A program made the position numbers and the translations under genes. This document shows, in pieces, positions 49,259 to 58,899 of a stretch of DNA of 64,000 nucleotides. The stretch lies in the NCBI RefSeq assembly GCF_039539345.1, contig NZ_BAABCY010000086.1, positions 16,859-80,858 on the forward strand, in the 5' to 3' direction. Positions within the stretch are counted from its first letter, which is position 1. Every line of letters starts with the position of its first letter. A model generated the notes under the pieces. The model was not told where the DNA came from, did no database searches, and saw only the letters and a list, made by a program, of their open reading frames with translations. This DNA comes from Snuella lapsa (lineage in GTDB: Bacteria > Bacteroidota > Bacteroidia > Flavobacteriales > Flavobacteriaceae).

Positions 49259-50782
49259 ATGGCTACACACAGATTAGAAATAATGGATACGACATTACGC
49301 GATGGCGAACAAACATCGGGTGTGTCGTTTTCTGCTTCTGAAAAGTTAACAATTGCCAAACTCTTATTAGAAGAATTAAAGGTAGATCGTATAGAAATTG
49401 CATCAGCCAGAGTTTCAGAAGGAGAGTTTCAAGCTGTAAAGGATATTACCCAATGGGCTAATGAAAACGATTATATCGACGCTATTGAGGTACTAACTTT
49501 TGTTGATAATGGCATTTCATTAGATTGGATGATAGAGGCAGGAGCCAAGGTTCAAAATCTATTGACCAAGGGGTCATTAAACCATTTAACTTACCAGCTT
49601 AAAAAGACGCCAAATCAGCACTTTAATGAGATATCAGAAAACATTGAACTTGCTAACGAACGTGGTATTGCAACTAATATTTATCTCGAAGATTGGAGTA
49701 ATGGTATGCGTAACTCCAGAGATTATGTCTTTGAGTTTTTAGAATTCTTGGCAACGCAGCCTGTTAAGCGTATTATGTTACCAGATACTTTGGGTATTTT
49801 AACACCAAAGGAATCTTATGATTTTATAAAAGAGATAAGAGATAAGTATCCTAAAGCACACTTTGATTTTCATGCGCACAACGATTATGATCTAGGCGTT
49901 GCTAATGTAATGGAAGCCGTAAAGGCTGGAGCTAACGGATTGCACCTAACTGTTAATGGTATGGGGGAAAGGGCCGGTAACGCTCCTATGGCCAGTACCA
50001 TTGCTGTTATTAATGATTTTATGCCTGATATTGAAATAGGTGTAAATGAAAAAGTGTTGTATACTGTAAGTAAATTGGTTGAGAATTTCTCTGGTGTAAT
50101 GATTCCGGCCAATAAGCCTGTTATTGGAGCCAATGTTTTTACACAGACGGCTGGTATTCATGCCGATGGCGATAATAAAAAGAATCTCTATTTCAGTGAT
50201 TTGTTACCCGAACGTTTTGGAAGAACACGAAAGTATGCTTTGGGGAAATCGTCTGGAAAAGCCAACATCCAAAAGAATTTACAAGAATTAGGTTTGCAGT
50301 TAAATGATGACGATCTACGTAAAGTAACGCAGCGTATTATTGAGTTAGGAGACAAAAAGCAGGTAGTAACCAAGGAAGATCTACCCTATATTATTTCAGA
50401 TGTATTAGATCGTTATACACAAGAAGACAAAGTAAAAGTAGAATCATATGTACTAACCCATTCTAAAGGTTTGCGACCTTCAACCACAGTAGCAATGATT
50501 ATTGATGGTAAAACTTTTGAGGAAAACGCTCCCGGAGACGGGCAGTTTGATGCTTTTATGAATGCTATACGTCGTATTTTCAAGAAGAAAAACTTAGTGC
50601 TTCCAGAACTTATCGACTATGCGGTTCGAATCCCACCAGGAAGTCATTCTGATGCTTTATGTGAAACAATAATAACATGGAAAGACCAGGACAAAGAATT
50701 TAAAACCCGTGGCTTGGATTCCGATCAAACTGTTTCGGCAATCAAAGCAACCGAAAAAATGCTAAACATATTTATTAATTAA
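49259..50782 (+). CDS. leuA: 2-isopropylmalate synthase (LeuA/CimA family)
   Basis: DRE-TIM N-terminus (LRDGEQ), HxH metal-binding motif and C-terminal LeuA dimerisation domain; sits between leuD and leuB. Confidence 0.75.
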   Translation: MATHRLEIMDTTLRDGEQTSGVSFSASEKLTIAKLLLEELKVDRIEIASARVSEGEFQAVKDITQWANENDYIDAIEVLTFVDNGISLDWMIEAGAKVQNLLTKGSLNHLTYQLKKTPNQHFNEISENIELANERGIATNIYLEDWSNGMRNSRDYVFEFLEFLATQPVKRIMLPDTLGILTPKESYDFIKEIRDKYPKAHFDFHAHNDYDLGVANVMEAVKAGANGLHLTVNGMGERAGNAPMASTIAVINDFMPDIEIGVNEKVLYTVSKLVENFSGVMIPANKPVIGANVFTQTAGIHADGDNKKNLYFSDLLPERFGRTRKYALGKSSGKANIQKNLQELGLQLNDDDLRKVTQRIIELGDKKQVVTKEDLPYIISDVLDRYTQEDKVKVESYVLTHSKGLRPSTTVAMIIDGKTFEENAPGDGQFDAFMNAIRRIFKKKNLVLPELIDYAVRIPPGSHSDALCETIITWKDQDKEFKTRGLDSDQTVSAIKATEKMLNIFIN

Positions 50783-50811
50783 GAGAACACAAAATTATAT
50801 AAAACGAGCAA

Positions 50812-51870
50812 ATGAAATTTAACATAGCCCTTTTAGCCGGAGACGGTATAGGCCCAGAAGTAATAGAACAAGCCGTAAAAGTTAGTGATGCCGTAGCCAA
50901 AAAATTTGGACATGAAATCACTTGGAAACCTGCCTTAACAGGGGCAGCAGCTATCGATGCTGTTGGCGAACCATATCCAGATGAAACACACGAGGTATGT
51001 GCAAATGCAGATGCTGTATTGTTTGGTGCTATCGGACATCCAAAATTTGATAACGATCCGTCTGCTCCAGTACGTCCTGAGCAAGGCTTACTTAAAATGC
51101 GTAAAAAATTAGGCTTATTTGCTAATGTACGCCCAACTTTTACCTTCCCATCGCTCATTGACAAATCTCCATTAAAGCAAGAGCGTATTGAAGGTACCGA
51201 TTTGGTCTTTTTACGAGAATTAACCGGTGGTATTTACTTTGGTGAAAAAGGAAGAAGGGATGAAGGTGAGACTGCATATGATAACTGTGTATATACTAGG
51301 GAAGAAGTACAGCGTTTGGCTAAAAAAGGATTTGAATTAGCCATGTCGCGTTCTAAAAAATTATGCTGTGTAGATAAAGCCAATGTATTGGAAACTTCAC
51401 GTTTGTGGAGAGAAACTGTACAGGCAATGGAAAAGGATTATCCAGAAGTAGAGGTAAGTTACGAATTTGTTGATGCCGTAGCCATGCGTTTGGTACAGTG
51501 GCCCAACAGCTACGATGTATTGATTACAGAAAACTTATTTGGAGATATTTTAACGGATGAAGCCTCTGTAATATCTGGCTCTATGGGATTAATGCCATCT
51601 GCATCTATGGGAGCAGATATTGCTTTATTTGAGCCAATTCACGGATCGTATCCTCAAGCTACTGGTTTGAATATTGCAAACCCAATGGCTACTATTTTGT
51701 CTGCTGCCATGATGTTCGAGACAGCCTTCAATTTACCAGAAGAAGGTAAAGCCATTAGAGATGCTGTTAACAAAGCCTTAGCAGAAGGTATTGTAACAGA
51801 AGATCTTGCCGATGGCGGAAAAGCTTATGGAACTAAGGAAGTTGGGGACTGGTTAGCCGCCAATATCTAA
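50812..51870 (+). CDS. leuB: 3-isopropylmalate dehydrogenase
   Basis: Isocitrate/isopropylmalate dehydrogenase signatures. Confidence 0.9.
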   Translation: MKFNIALLAGDGIGPEVIEQAVKVSDAVAKKFGHEITWKPALTGAAAIDAVGEPYPDETHEVCANADAVLFGAIGHPKFDNDPSAPVRPEQGLLKMRKKLGLFANVRPTFTFPSLIDKSPLKQERIEGTDLVFLRELTGGIYFGEKGRRDEGETAYDNCVYTREEVQRLAKKGFELAMSRSKKLCCVDKANVLETSRLWRETVQAMEKDYPEVEVSYEFVDAVAMRLVQWPNSYDVLITENLFGDILTDEASVISGSMGLMPSASMGADIALFEPIHGSYPQATGLNIANPMATILSAAMMFETAFNLPEEGKAIRDAVNKALAEGIVTEDLADGGKAYGTKEVGDWLAANI

Positions 51871-51896
51871 ACCATATTTACATAAATTTATAAAAG

Positions 51897-51926
51897 AGTG
51901 AGTCCAGTAGGGCTCACTTTTTTTGA
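51897..51926 (+). terminator. Intrinsic terminator after leuB
   Basis: agtgagtcc-agta-gggctcact followed by T7. Confidence 0.65.
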
Positions 51927-51967
51927 CAATTAAACGTTATTTGGAATTCACATCTGAGATTTATGCG

Positions 51968-52474
51968 CTATTTCCAAACCGTTTTAAAATACTCGCAAAC
52001 AATAATCATGTCTTCTGTTGGTTTTGTGCCTTTAGCTTTCATCACCCTGCTATAGTAATCCCAGTGTACTTTTTTCCAATAATCTAATGATTTATCACCT
52101 TCTCCTTCAATATAGGCATATTCTAGAGCGATGTCTTTAAAAGGCACTTGTTCAACTTTGGTTGTTTGAATAATTGCTTTGGCCTGGCCATTCCAATTTG
52201 TTATTATATAAAGGTCTCCAATTTGAGGAAGTGGTTCCTTATGTGTTTCAAACCACCACAAAGAAGTTGATGTAGCTTGTTTAATACCTTCAACAGTCAA
52301 TTGCGCACAGGTATCAGCATCCTGTTGGTTGTCACAAAAGTAACAAGCGACTGGCAAAGGTTCATTTTTATATTCAGGATTATTTTGGATAAATCCTTGC
52401 CACAGCACTAGTGCTGAACTACGATTAGTTTTTGTCATTGAAGAAAGTTGATATTTAATGTTTCTAAGAATCAA
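51968..52474 (-). CDS. ASCH-domain protein (possible internal start at 52438)
   Basis: ASCH/YqfB-like beta-barrel region. Confidence 0.5.
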   Translation of the reverse strand: MILRNIKYQLSSMTKTNRSSALVLWQGFIQNNPEYKNEPLPVACYFCDNQQDADTCAQLTVEGIKQATSTSLWWFETHKEPLPQIGDLYIITNWNGQAKAIIQTTKVEQVPFKDIALEYAYIEGEGDKSLDYWKKVHWDYYSRVMKAKGTKPTEDMIIVCEYFKTVWK

Positions 52475-52639
52475 ATGTAAGTAATAGCTAGAAATATAAT
52501 CCTAATAACACGCTCTGGAGTCTCTTATATATTGAGCATATATTAAGTTGATATGGCTTTAAGTGCACTTAGATACGGGTGAACCTATTTTGAATTATTA
52601 TTTACAAAGCCTTAAAACTAAGTGTTAAGGTTACTCAAT

Positions 52640-52664
52640 TTACTCGATAATCGAGATTTAAATG
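52640..52664. repeat. 25-nt element TTACTCGATAATCGAGATTTAAATG; copy 2 of 2
   Basis: Exact identity with 20408..20432. Confidence 0.6.
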
Positions 52665-52798
52665 TCCCGAAACTTGACCAAAAGGCAGATTACTAAATAA
52701 TAAACAATAACGAAGACATTTTTCCCTATCATAGATTCGTTTCAATTGAAAAGAATTGATAGTTAGTATCAATAAATTCTTTATTGGTATTGGTTTAG

Positions 52799-54046
52799 TT
52801 AAGGGGTTTTAAACGACGAAGTACTCGGTAATTCAAAAATCTCCAAATCAAAATAGGGCAGTGCTGCCATTAAATGATCGAAGATATCCGACATAATGTA
52901 TTCGTAGTTTTCCCAACGCTTATCACTACTAAAGGCATAAATTTCCATAGGAATGCCTTGGGTGGTAGGAGCCAACTGGCGTGCCATAATCATCATATCC
53001 TTATTAATGGCCGAATGCTGCTTTAAGTAGCTGTCTATGTACTTTCTAAAGACACCTATGTTGGTAAGATTACGACCGTTTAACAGCATGCTTTTGTCTG
53101 CACTATGCGATTGGTTGTAAGCATGTATGTCTGCTTGTCTAGACTCTAGATATTTGGTTATTAACTGTATCCCCTTTAACTTTTCTACATCGGCTTCGGT
53201 TAAGTATTTAACGCCTTGTTGATTAATGTAAAGGGCACGTTTAATGCGACGCCCTTCGGAGCTTGTCATACCACGCCAATTCTTAAAAGAATCCGATATC
53301 AGGGCATAGGTGGGAATGGTGGTTATGGTCTTGTCGAAATTCTGAACTTTAACGGTTGCCAGGGTAATTTCAACAACATCACCATCGGCACCGTATTTTT
53401 CAAAAGTAATCCAGTCACCAATGCGTACCATGTCATTTATAGACACCTGAATGCTGGCAACAAATCCTAGGATAGTATCTTTAAAAACTAGCAAAATGAT
53501 CGCTGAAGCTGCTCCTAAGCTGGCCATGAATTCAATGAATTCTATATTGGTAATAATAGCAAAAGCAGAAAAAATGCCTATTACCCAGGCAAAAATCATA
53601 AATACCTGAATATAGCTTGCTACTGGTTTGTCTTTAAATTGGTTGAGGGTTTTTAGATAATCTTTAACAGTATGCAAAAGGCTTCTAACAATCCATAGGG
53701 TTAATATTATGCCAAATACTTTAAGTCCTTTTTCTGCAATGTTTTCATAATACTGAAAATCGATTAAGACAATTGGGACGAATTCCAAAGCAATTAAAAG
53801 TGGAATGATATGGGCGATATTTCTCGGTGCTTTGTTGGCTACAAGCAGATCGTCAAAGTTGGTTTTAGACTTTGCTGCAAATTGGGAAAACAAACCAATA
53901 AGCAGTTTTCTTATAATAAAATCTATTATAAAAATAAGGATTAGTAAGCCTACAAGTAACAGCAGCATATTTAAATATTTTGCGACCGTTTCACTTGTTC
54001 CAACAGATACTAGGTAATCATAAAGAAAGTGCTTGGCAGATTCCAT
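52799..54046 (-). CDS. Mechanosensitive ion channel (MscS family)
   Basis: N-terminal TM helices plus the MscS beta-domain (VRIGDWITFEKYGADGDVVEI). Confidence 0.8.
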   Translation of the reverse strand: MESAKHFLYDYLVSVGTSETVAKYLNMLLLLVGLLILIFIIDFIIRKLLIGLFSQFAAKSKTNFDDLLVANKAPRNIAHIIPLLIALEFVPIVLIDFQYYENIAEKGLKVFGIILTLWIVRSLLHTVKDYLKTLNQFKDKPVASYIQVFMIFAWVIGIFSAFAIITNIEFIEFMASLGAASAIILLVFKDTILGFVASIQVSINDMVRIGDWITFEKYGADGDVVEITLATVKVQNFDKTITTIPTYALISDSFKNWRGMTSSEGRRIKRALYINQQGVKYLTEADVEKLKGIQLITKYLESRQADIHAYNQSHSADKSMLLNGRNLTNIGVFRKYIDSYLKQHSAINKDMMIMARQLAPTTQGIPMEIYAFSSDKRWENYEYIMSDIFDHLMAALPYFDLEIFELPSTSSFKTP

Positions 54047-54336
54047 TATTCAACAGGTTTGAGGTATTTTCTATCAATATAAAATGTGCCAAACGGAATG
54101 ACAGCGGCTAATAGAACGCTTCCAAATTGACTTGTGTTCCACTCAAAATCCTTTTTTAACAAAATCGCCAAAACGATATATCCCATAAATAGCAATCCAT
54201 GTGGCATTCCCAATAACTTAACGTATTGTGGTTCGTCAAGCAGGTATTTAATTGGTGTGGCTATAAACAGTAATAAGATATAGGAAAGTCCTTCGAGAAA
54301 GGCTACAACTCTAAATATACTAACAAATGATACCAT
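54046..54336 (-). CDS. DUF3817 small membrane protein
   Basis: 96 aa, 2-3 TM helices. Confidence 0.55.
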   Translation of the reverse strand: MVSFVSIFRVVAFLEGLSYILLLFIATPIKYLLDEPQYVKLLGMPHGLLFMGYIVLAILLKKDFEWNTSQFGSVLLAAVIPFGTFYIDRKYLKPVE

Positions 54337-54403
54337 AAAGCATTATTTTTAAGCTGCAAAAATACAGCACAGCAAGCTAAAACATATAGTTTTTAAGACT
54401 TTT

Positions 54404-55051
54404 TTAAAATATATGAAAAATAATAAGTCCATAAGCTAGAAAACGCAACAAGCGCAGGGAGCCAAACAGTACCACATTTTTAAAAGGAAATGTAATAATG
54501 CCAGCTGCAATACAGGACATGGAAAAAGGCAAAGGTAGTAGAGCTCCAACCACAATAAGGAAGCCTCCCCATTTTCTGGAGTTTTTAAGCTGCTTAGCCA
54601 TTTTAACTTCTAAATATTCATGAACAGTTGGGATTTTGGTTATGGCAACACCAATCCAATATGAAAGTAATCCGCCTATATAGGATGCAAAAGCCAAAAT
54701 AGTTAAAAATAGCCATGGGCTATGCATCTTGCCTGACCAGGCAATAAATATCTCGGGAGGAATCAAACCTAACAATGTTTCGGAAACAAAAAAGAAGATC
54801 AGAACACCATAGGCAGGTAAGGTTTCTGTAAGGCGTATCAAAGCTGCGTTAATATCAAAAAAATGATTTAAACAATATATCGCAACTACCAACAAGGCAA
54901 TAAAGGGTAAAGCCTTTCTAACTGCCTGCCATACAAAGCTGTAAAATCCTGTATAGTTGTAATACTGATGTAACAACTGGATACGTGATTTTTCGGTTTT
55001 AGATTTTAACTTTCCTTTCATAAGTAGGCACCTAGTTTTTGCAAAGTGCAA
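54404..55051 (-). CDS. DedA/VTT-domain (YqaA-like) membrane protein (possible start 55021)
   Basis: VTT-like motif FVSETLLGLIPPE; several TM helices. Confidence 0.55.
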   Translation of the reverse strand: MHFAKTRCLLMKGKLKSKTEKSRIQLLHQYYNYTGFYSFVWQAVRKALPFIALLVVAIYCLNHFFDINAALIRLTETLPAYGVLIFFFVSETLLGLIPPEIFIAWSGKMHSPWLFLTILAFASYIGGLLSYWIGVAITKIPTVHEYLEVKMAKQLKNSRKWGGFLIVVGALLPLPFSMSCIAAGIITFPFKNVVLFGSLRLLRFLAYGLIIFHIF

Positions 55052-55268
55052 ATATACGGGATAGAAGCGGTCTTATTGGAGATTTTAAGATTATTTAACA
55101 TGTAGGAGAGACATCTCAGGTAATTCATTTAATTGGTTTTGCATGTTAGTTGAAACTTAAATAGATTTTAGTTAGCATTAAAGGTATGGACTTGCCGTAG
55201 GTTGTTATTTAGCTCATAAGATGACATATGTCATTTTATCCTCTGCTTTTTGTAGGTACCTTAGTACC

Positions 55269-55284
55269 TGTTTCAGCTGAAACA
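55269..55284. promoter_or_regulatory. 16-bp perfect palindrome TGTTTCAGCTGAAACA upstream of the EF-G paralog, with neighbouring dyads ATGACATATGTCAT (55221-55234) and GGTAC-CTTA-GTACC
   Basis: Direct reading of the 340-nt divergent intergenic region. Confidence 0.35.
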
Positions 55285-55393
55285 TGAAATATGAAGTCAT
55301 CTCTAAACACAAAATAAATGCATATAAATAATTCCTAAATACATATATTTTTTTTAACTTACTTGTTTCCAATAAGCTACAAAATTCATATAG

Positions 55394-57520
55394 ATGAAAA
55401 TTTACGACGAAAGACACATCAAAAACGTTGTTTTTGTTGGTGCTCATGGCAGCGGAAAAACAACACTGGCCGAGACCATGCTCTTTGAAGCGGGGCTCAT
55501 AAACAGGCGAGGAACCGTAGAAGAACGCAATACCGTTTCCGATTACCATGAGATAGAGCACGAGCGTGGTACATCGGTTTTTGCAACGCCATTGCATACC
55601 GAATGGCGTAATTACAAGATTAATATTATCGATACTCCGGGATTGGATGATTTTATTGGTGAGATTATTTCATCCATTAGGGTGGCAGATACTGTTGTTA
55701 ACGTTATCAATGCCAAACATGGCTGTGAGATTGGTACAGAGATTATATGGAACTATATAGACAAATACCACAAACCCATGTTGTTTGTTATTAATCAAAT
55801 GGACCATGTCAATGCCGACTTCGAGCAAAGCTTTGCAAGCATCAAAACACTTGTAGGCAATAACGTTGTCAAAGTACAGTACCCCATTGTTATCGATGGG
55901 GCTTTTTGTTTAATAGATGTTCTTAAAATGAAACTTTACAAGTTTCCGCCACAGGGAGGCAAACCTGAGAAGCTACCTATTCCGGATTCTGAAAAAGAAA
56001 AAGCCGATGCGCTTCATAACGAACTTGTGGAGAAAGCAGCCGAAAACGACGAAGAACTGTTAGAAATTTTCTTTGACAAAGGGACGTTGAACGAGGATGA
56101 AATGCGTCAGGGTATTAAAGCGGGTATGACCAATCATGATCTGTTCCCTGTATTTTGTGTTTCGGCACTCAACGATATGGGTACAGGTAGGCTTATGGGC
56201 TTTATCGATAACGTAGCACCCGCCACAGCCGATCTTAAGCCAGAACAAAGCATTGAAGGTAAAACCATAACAACCGACATGGCGTTACCTACGACCTTAT
56301 TTGTTTTTAAAACCTTCCATCAGCCTAATTTAGGACAGGTTACCTTTTTTAAAGTCATGTCTGGAGCTGTTAATGTGAACGATAAATTTATCAACTCCAA
56401 TAATGGGGAAACAGAGACTATGAACCAGTTATTTATTATGGACGGTAAAAATCGGAGTCCTGTTAATAAACTAGCTGCAGGAGACATTGGTGCCACCTTA
56501 AAGCTGAAATATACCGAAACGGGTGATACGCTTTGTGATAAAAGCCACCAGGTAACGCTAAAACCTATTAAGTATCCAGAACCGAGAATCACCAAAGTGG
56601 TTTCTGCTCTAAGTAAGAACGACGACGAAAAATTGAGCGAATCCCTAAAGAAAATAAGCAGTCAGGATCCTACAGTACTAGTAACCTTCTCTAAGGAAAC
56701 CAAACAGTTGCTGTTAAGTTGCCAGGGGGAGTTGCACTTAGCTACCATCCAGTGGATGTTGGAACATTTATACCATATTGAAGCAGAATTTAAAAAGCCG
56801 AGGATTGCTTATAGGGAGACTGTACAACGTTCGTCTACCGCCAATTACAGGCACAAAAAACAATCGGGAGGTGCTGGACAATTTGCCCAAGTACACCTTA
56901 AGATTGAACCTTGGTATGAAGGACTTGAGGAACCAGAAGGCTTTAACATAAGGGGTAAGGAAATTGTAGAGTTACCCTGGGGCGGTACACTGGTATTCTA
57001 TAACTGTATTGTAGGTGGTGCCATAGACCAACGTTATTTACCATCGGTAATGAAAGGTGTATTGGAAGTCATGGAGTCCGGACCGCTTACCAAATCGTTT
57101 ATACGCGATGTACGGGTAATGGTATACGATGGTAAAATGCATCCAGTAGATTCTAACGACATTTCTTTTAAAATCGCTGGAGCCCATGCTTTTAAAGAGG
57201 CCTTTTTAAATTCGAATCCCAAGCTGTTGGAACCTACCAACAAGTTAACGGTTAAGGTGCCAGAGGATATGGTAGGCAATGTAATGACGGATTTGCAAAC
57301 ACGACGGGCCATTATCCAAGGGATAGAGAGCGAAGGGAATTATCAGGTATTAAAGTGTACCTGTCCTGCAGCCGAGCTGTACGGTTATTCCACCGCATTG
57401 CGTTCTTTAACACAGGGCAGGGCTACCTTTAGTTCGGTGTTTGCCTCTTACGAATCGGTACCTGCCAACGTGCAGAATGATCTTATTAAGCAAGTAGCCT
57501 TAGAAGAAGTAGAAATCTAG
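55394..57520 (+). CDS. Elongation factor G-family GTPase (divergent EF-G paralog)
   Basis: G1 AHGSGKTT, G3 DTPG, G4 NQMD; domains II-V of EF-G; 708 aa; the motifs differ from canonical fusA (AHIDAGKTT, NKMD). Confidence 0.65.
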   Translation: MKIYDERHIKNVVFVGAHGSGKTTLAETMLFEAGLINRRGTVEERNTVSDYHEIEHERGTSVFATPLHTEWRNYKINIIDTPGLDDFIGEIISSIRVADTVVNVINAKHGCEIGTEIIWNYIDKYHKPMLFVINQMDHVNADFEQSFASIKTLVGNNVVKVQYPIVIDGAFCLIDVLKMKLYKFPPQGGKPEKLPIPDSEKEKADALHNELVEKAAENDEELLEIFFDKGTLNEDEMRQGIKAGMTNHDLFPVFCVSALNDMGTGRLMGFIDNVAPATADLKPEQSIEGKTITTDMALPTTLFVFKTFHQPNLGQVTFFKVMSGAVNVNDKFINSNNGETETMNQLFIMDGKNRSPVNKLAAGDIGATLKLKYTETGDTLCDKSHQVTLKPIKYPEPRITKVVSALSKNDDEKLSESLKKISSQDPTVLVTFSKETKQLLLSCQGELHLATIQWMLEHLYHIEAEFKKPRIAYRETVQRSSTANYRHKKQSGGAGQFAQVHLKIEPWYEGLEEPEGFNIRGKEIVELPWGGTLVFYNCIVGGAIDQRYLPSVMKGVLEVMESGPLTKSFIRDVRVMVYDGKMHPVDSNDISFKIAGAHAFKEAFLNSNPKLLEPTNKLTVKVPEDMVGNVMTDLQTRRAIIQGIESEGNYQVLKCTCPAAELYGYSTALRSLTQGRATFSSVFASYESVPANVQNDLIKQVALEEVEI

Positions 57521-57535
57521 AATAAACAAAACATT

Positions 57536-57922
57536 ATGGAAACTCAAACTAAAGTATCCTATTTAAGCGACTTAAAATTCAATTTAGAAACTTGGAAACG
57601 CGAGCTCCGTTTTCACTTTAACGAAATGGACAGCTTCGAAGAAAAACTAGAGGAAATAGCCTCTAGGGAATACGATAAGCGTGCGATGCAACAAATCGAA
57701 CATTTTCAAAACAGAATTGAGATAGAACGCAATGAAATCTCAAAGCTTATGCACCGCTGTAAAAATAAAATGAATACCTTGATAGCGGTGGATTACAACG
57801 AGTCCATTGACGGCAGTTTATTGCATAAGCAAAAGCCTTTAAAGGACGATATGAGACAGTACATTAAACTGCATTACGATCTTAAAGAAGAAATGATGGA
57901 TTTTTTCAGTCAGTGGTTGTAA
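57536..57922 (+). CDS. Hypothetical helical protein, apparently co-transcribed with the EF-G paralog
   Basis: 128 aa, 15 nt downstream of the EF-G-like gene, followed by a terminator. Confidence 0.45.
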   Translation: METQTKVSYLSDLKFNLETWKRELRFHFNEMDSFEEKLEEIASREYDKRAMQQIEHFQNRIEIERNEISKLMHRCKNKMNTLIAVDYNESIDGSLLHKQKPLKDDMRQYIKLHYDLKEEMMDFFSQWL

Positions 57923-57955
57923 TTACAAGATGTACGATACATCGTATTGGCTGTC

Positions 57956-57990
57956 AAAACCCCATTATTACATGGTTGATAATGGGGTTT
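57956..57990 (+). terminator. Intrinsic terminator (aaaaccccattat / ataatggggtttt)
   Basis: 13-bp perfect stem. Confidence 0.55.
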
Positions 57991-58065
57991 TGGTGAATAA
58001 AGAATTTCTTGAAACGAACTATCCCAGAGGCTCAGCCTCGAGGAATTCTCTTCGATTAAAATATT

Positions 58066-58100
58066 GTATAAAGCATAAAAAAGCTGTCTAAAAAGTGATT
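58066..58100 (-). terminator. Intrinsic terminator for yceI-like gene (gctgtc/gacagc stem + U6 on minus strand)
   Basis: Hairpin followed by A6 on the plus strand, i.e. a T-run on the minus strand. Confidence 0.5.
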
Positions 58101-58134
58101 TTTTGACAGCCTTATTGTATTTATTGTTTGATTT

Positions 58135-58761
58135 CTAGCCTTTACGGAGGAAAGTACTCACCTCTATGGCTACATCATCCCATGTCTTGCTTACACCATC
58201 TGGGCCTTTATGAAGATCGAAACAAGCTTTGTTTAGGGTTTCTAAGGCACCAAGTGCATCCCAATTAGCCAGGTTCATTGTACCGGTCATGGTTACACGT
58301 CTTTCTTCTGTGATCTTAACATCCAAAGGTAAATCATGGGTTACCCCATTCATTGTAATACTTGCTACACAAGAGTTGTTAGCGTATTTAATAGTACCTT
58401 TTAAGATATCTGTATTGAGCATTGCTCCAAAAAATGAGGCTTTTAATTTGGCATCACGACTCTCGTCCTTAGTAAACAAACTACTTGCAGGGATAGAAAA
58501 ATTTAAATTATTTAAAGCTTCTTGAGCAGAAGCCCCTTCTTTATTTTCAAATTTTAAAACGGTAAACTCACCACCAACAGGTTTTTTTTCTGTGGTTTTA
58601 TAGGCAGTCCATTTTACTGTTGTGGCTTCTGGCTTAACAACAAATTTTTCGGTCGCTACAGTCTCAACTGTTGTTTCCGTTTCGGTTTTGTTTGTTTTCT
58701 TTTTACAACTTATTGTAGTGATTAATAATAAGGCTGACAAAAGGAATGTTGTTTTCTTCAT
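58135..58761 (-). CDS. YceI-family periplasmic lipoprotein
   Basis: Lipoprotein signal (TISCKKK) and YceI-like domain. Confidence 0.7.
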   Translation of the reverse strand: MKKTTFLLSALLLITTISCKKKTNKTETETTVETVATEKFVVKPEATTVKWTAYKTTEKKPVGGEFTVLKFENKEGASAQEALNNLNFSIPASSLFTKDESRDAKLKASFFGAMLNTDILKGTIKYANNSCVASITMNGVTHDLPLDVKITEERRVTMTGTMNLANWDALGALETLNKACFDLHKGPDGVSKTWDDVAIEVSTFLRKG

Positions 58762-58899
58762 TGTTTTGTTTTATTGTTTATTTAAGTTCATTTTTAAAAA
58801 TAATGTTCCAAATTTACTTAACTAATATGTGAATCACTATTTTCTGACTGATAAATATCATGTTTTTTTATATAGCTATGCTCTACTTTTGGCACCAAA

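Noticed and set aside
50615-50635. tRNA T-loop-like GGTTCGAATCC string
   Set aside because: It lies inside the intact leuA reading frame. There is no acceptor-stem or anticodon-arm complementarity around it, so it is a coincidence.
55214-55597. 127-aa minus-strand ORF overlapping the promoter and 5' end of the EF-G paralog
   Set aside because: Low-complexity, Cys/Phe-rich translation. It overlaps a well-supported gene start and the palindromic promoter region, so it is most likely spurious.
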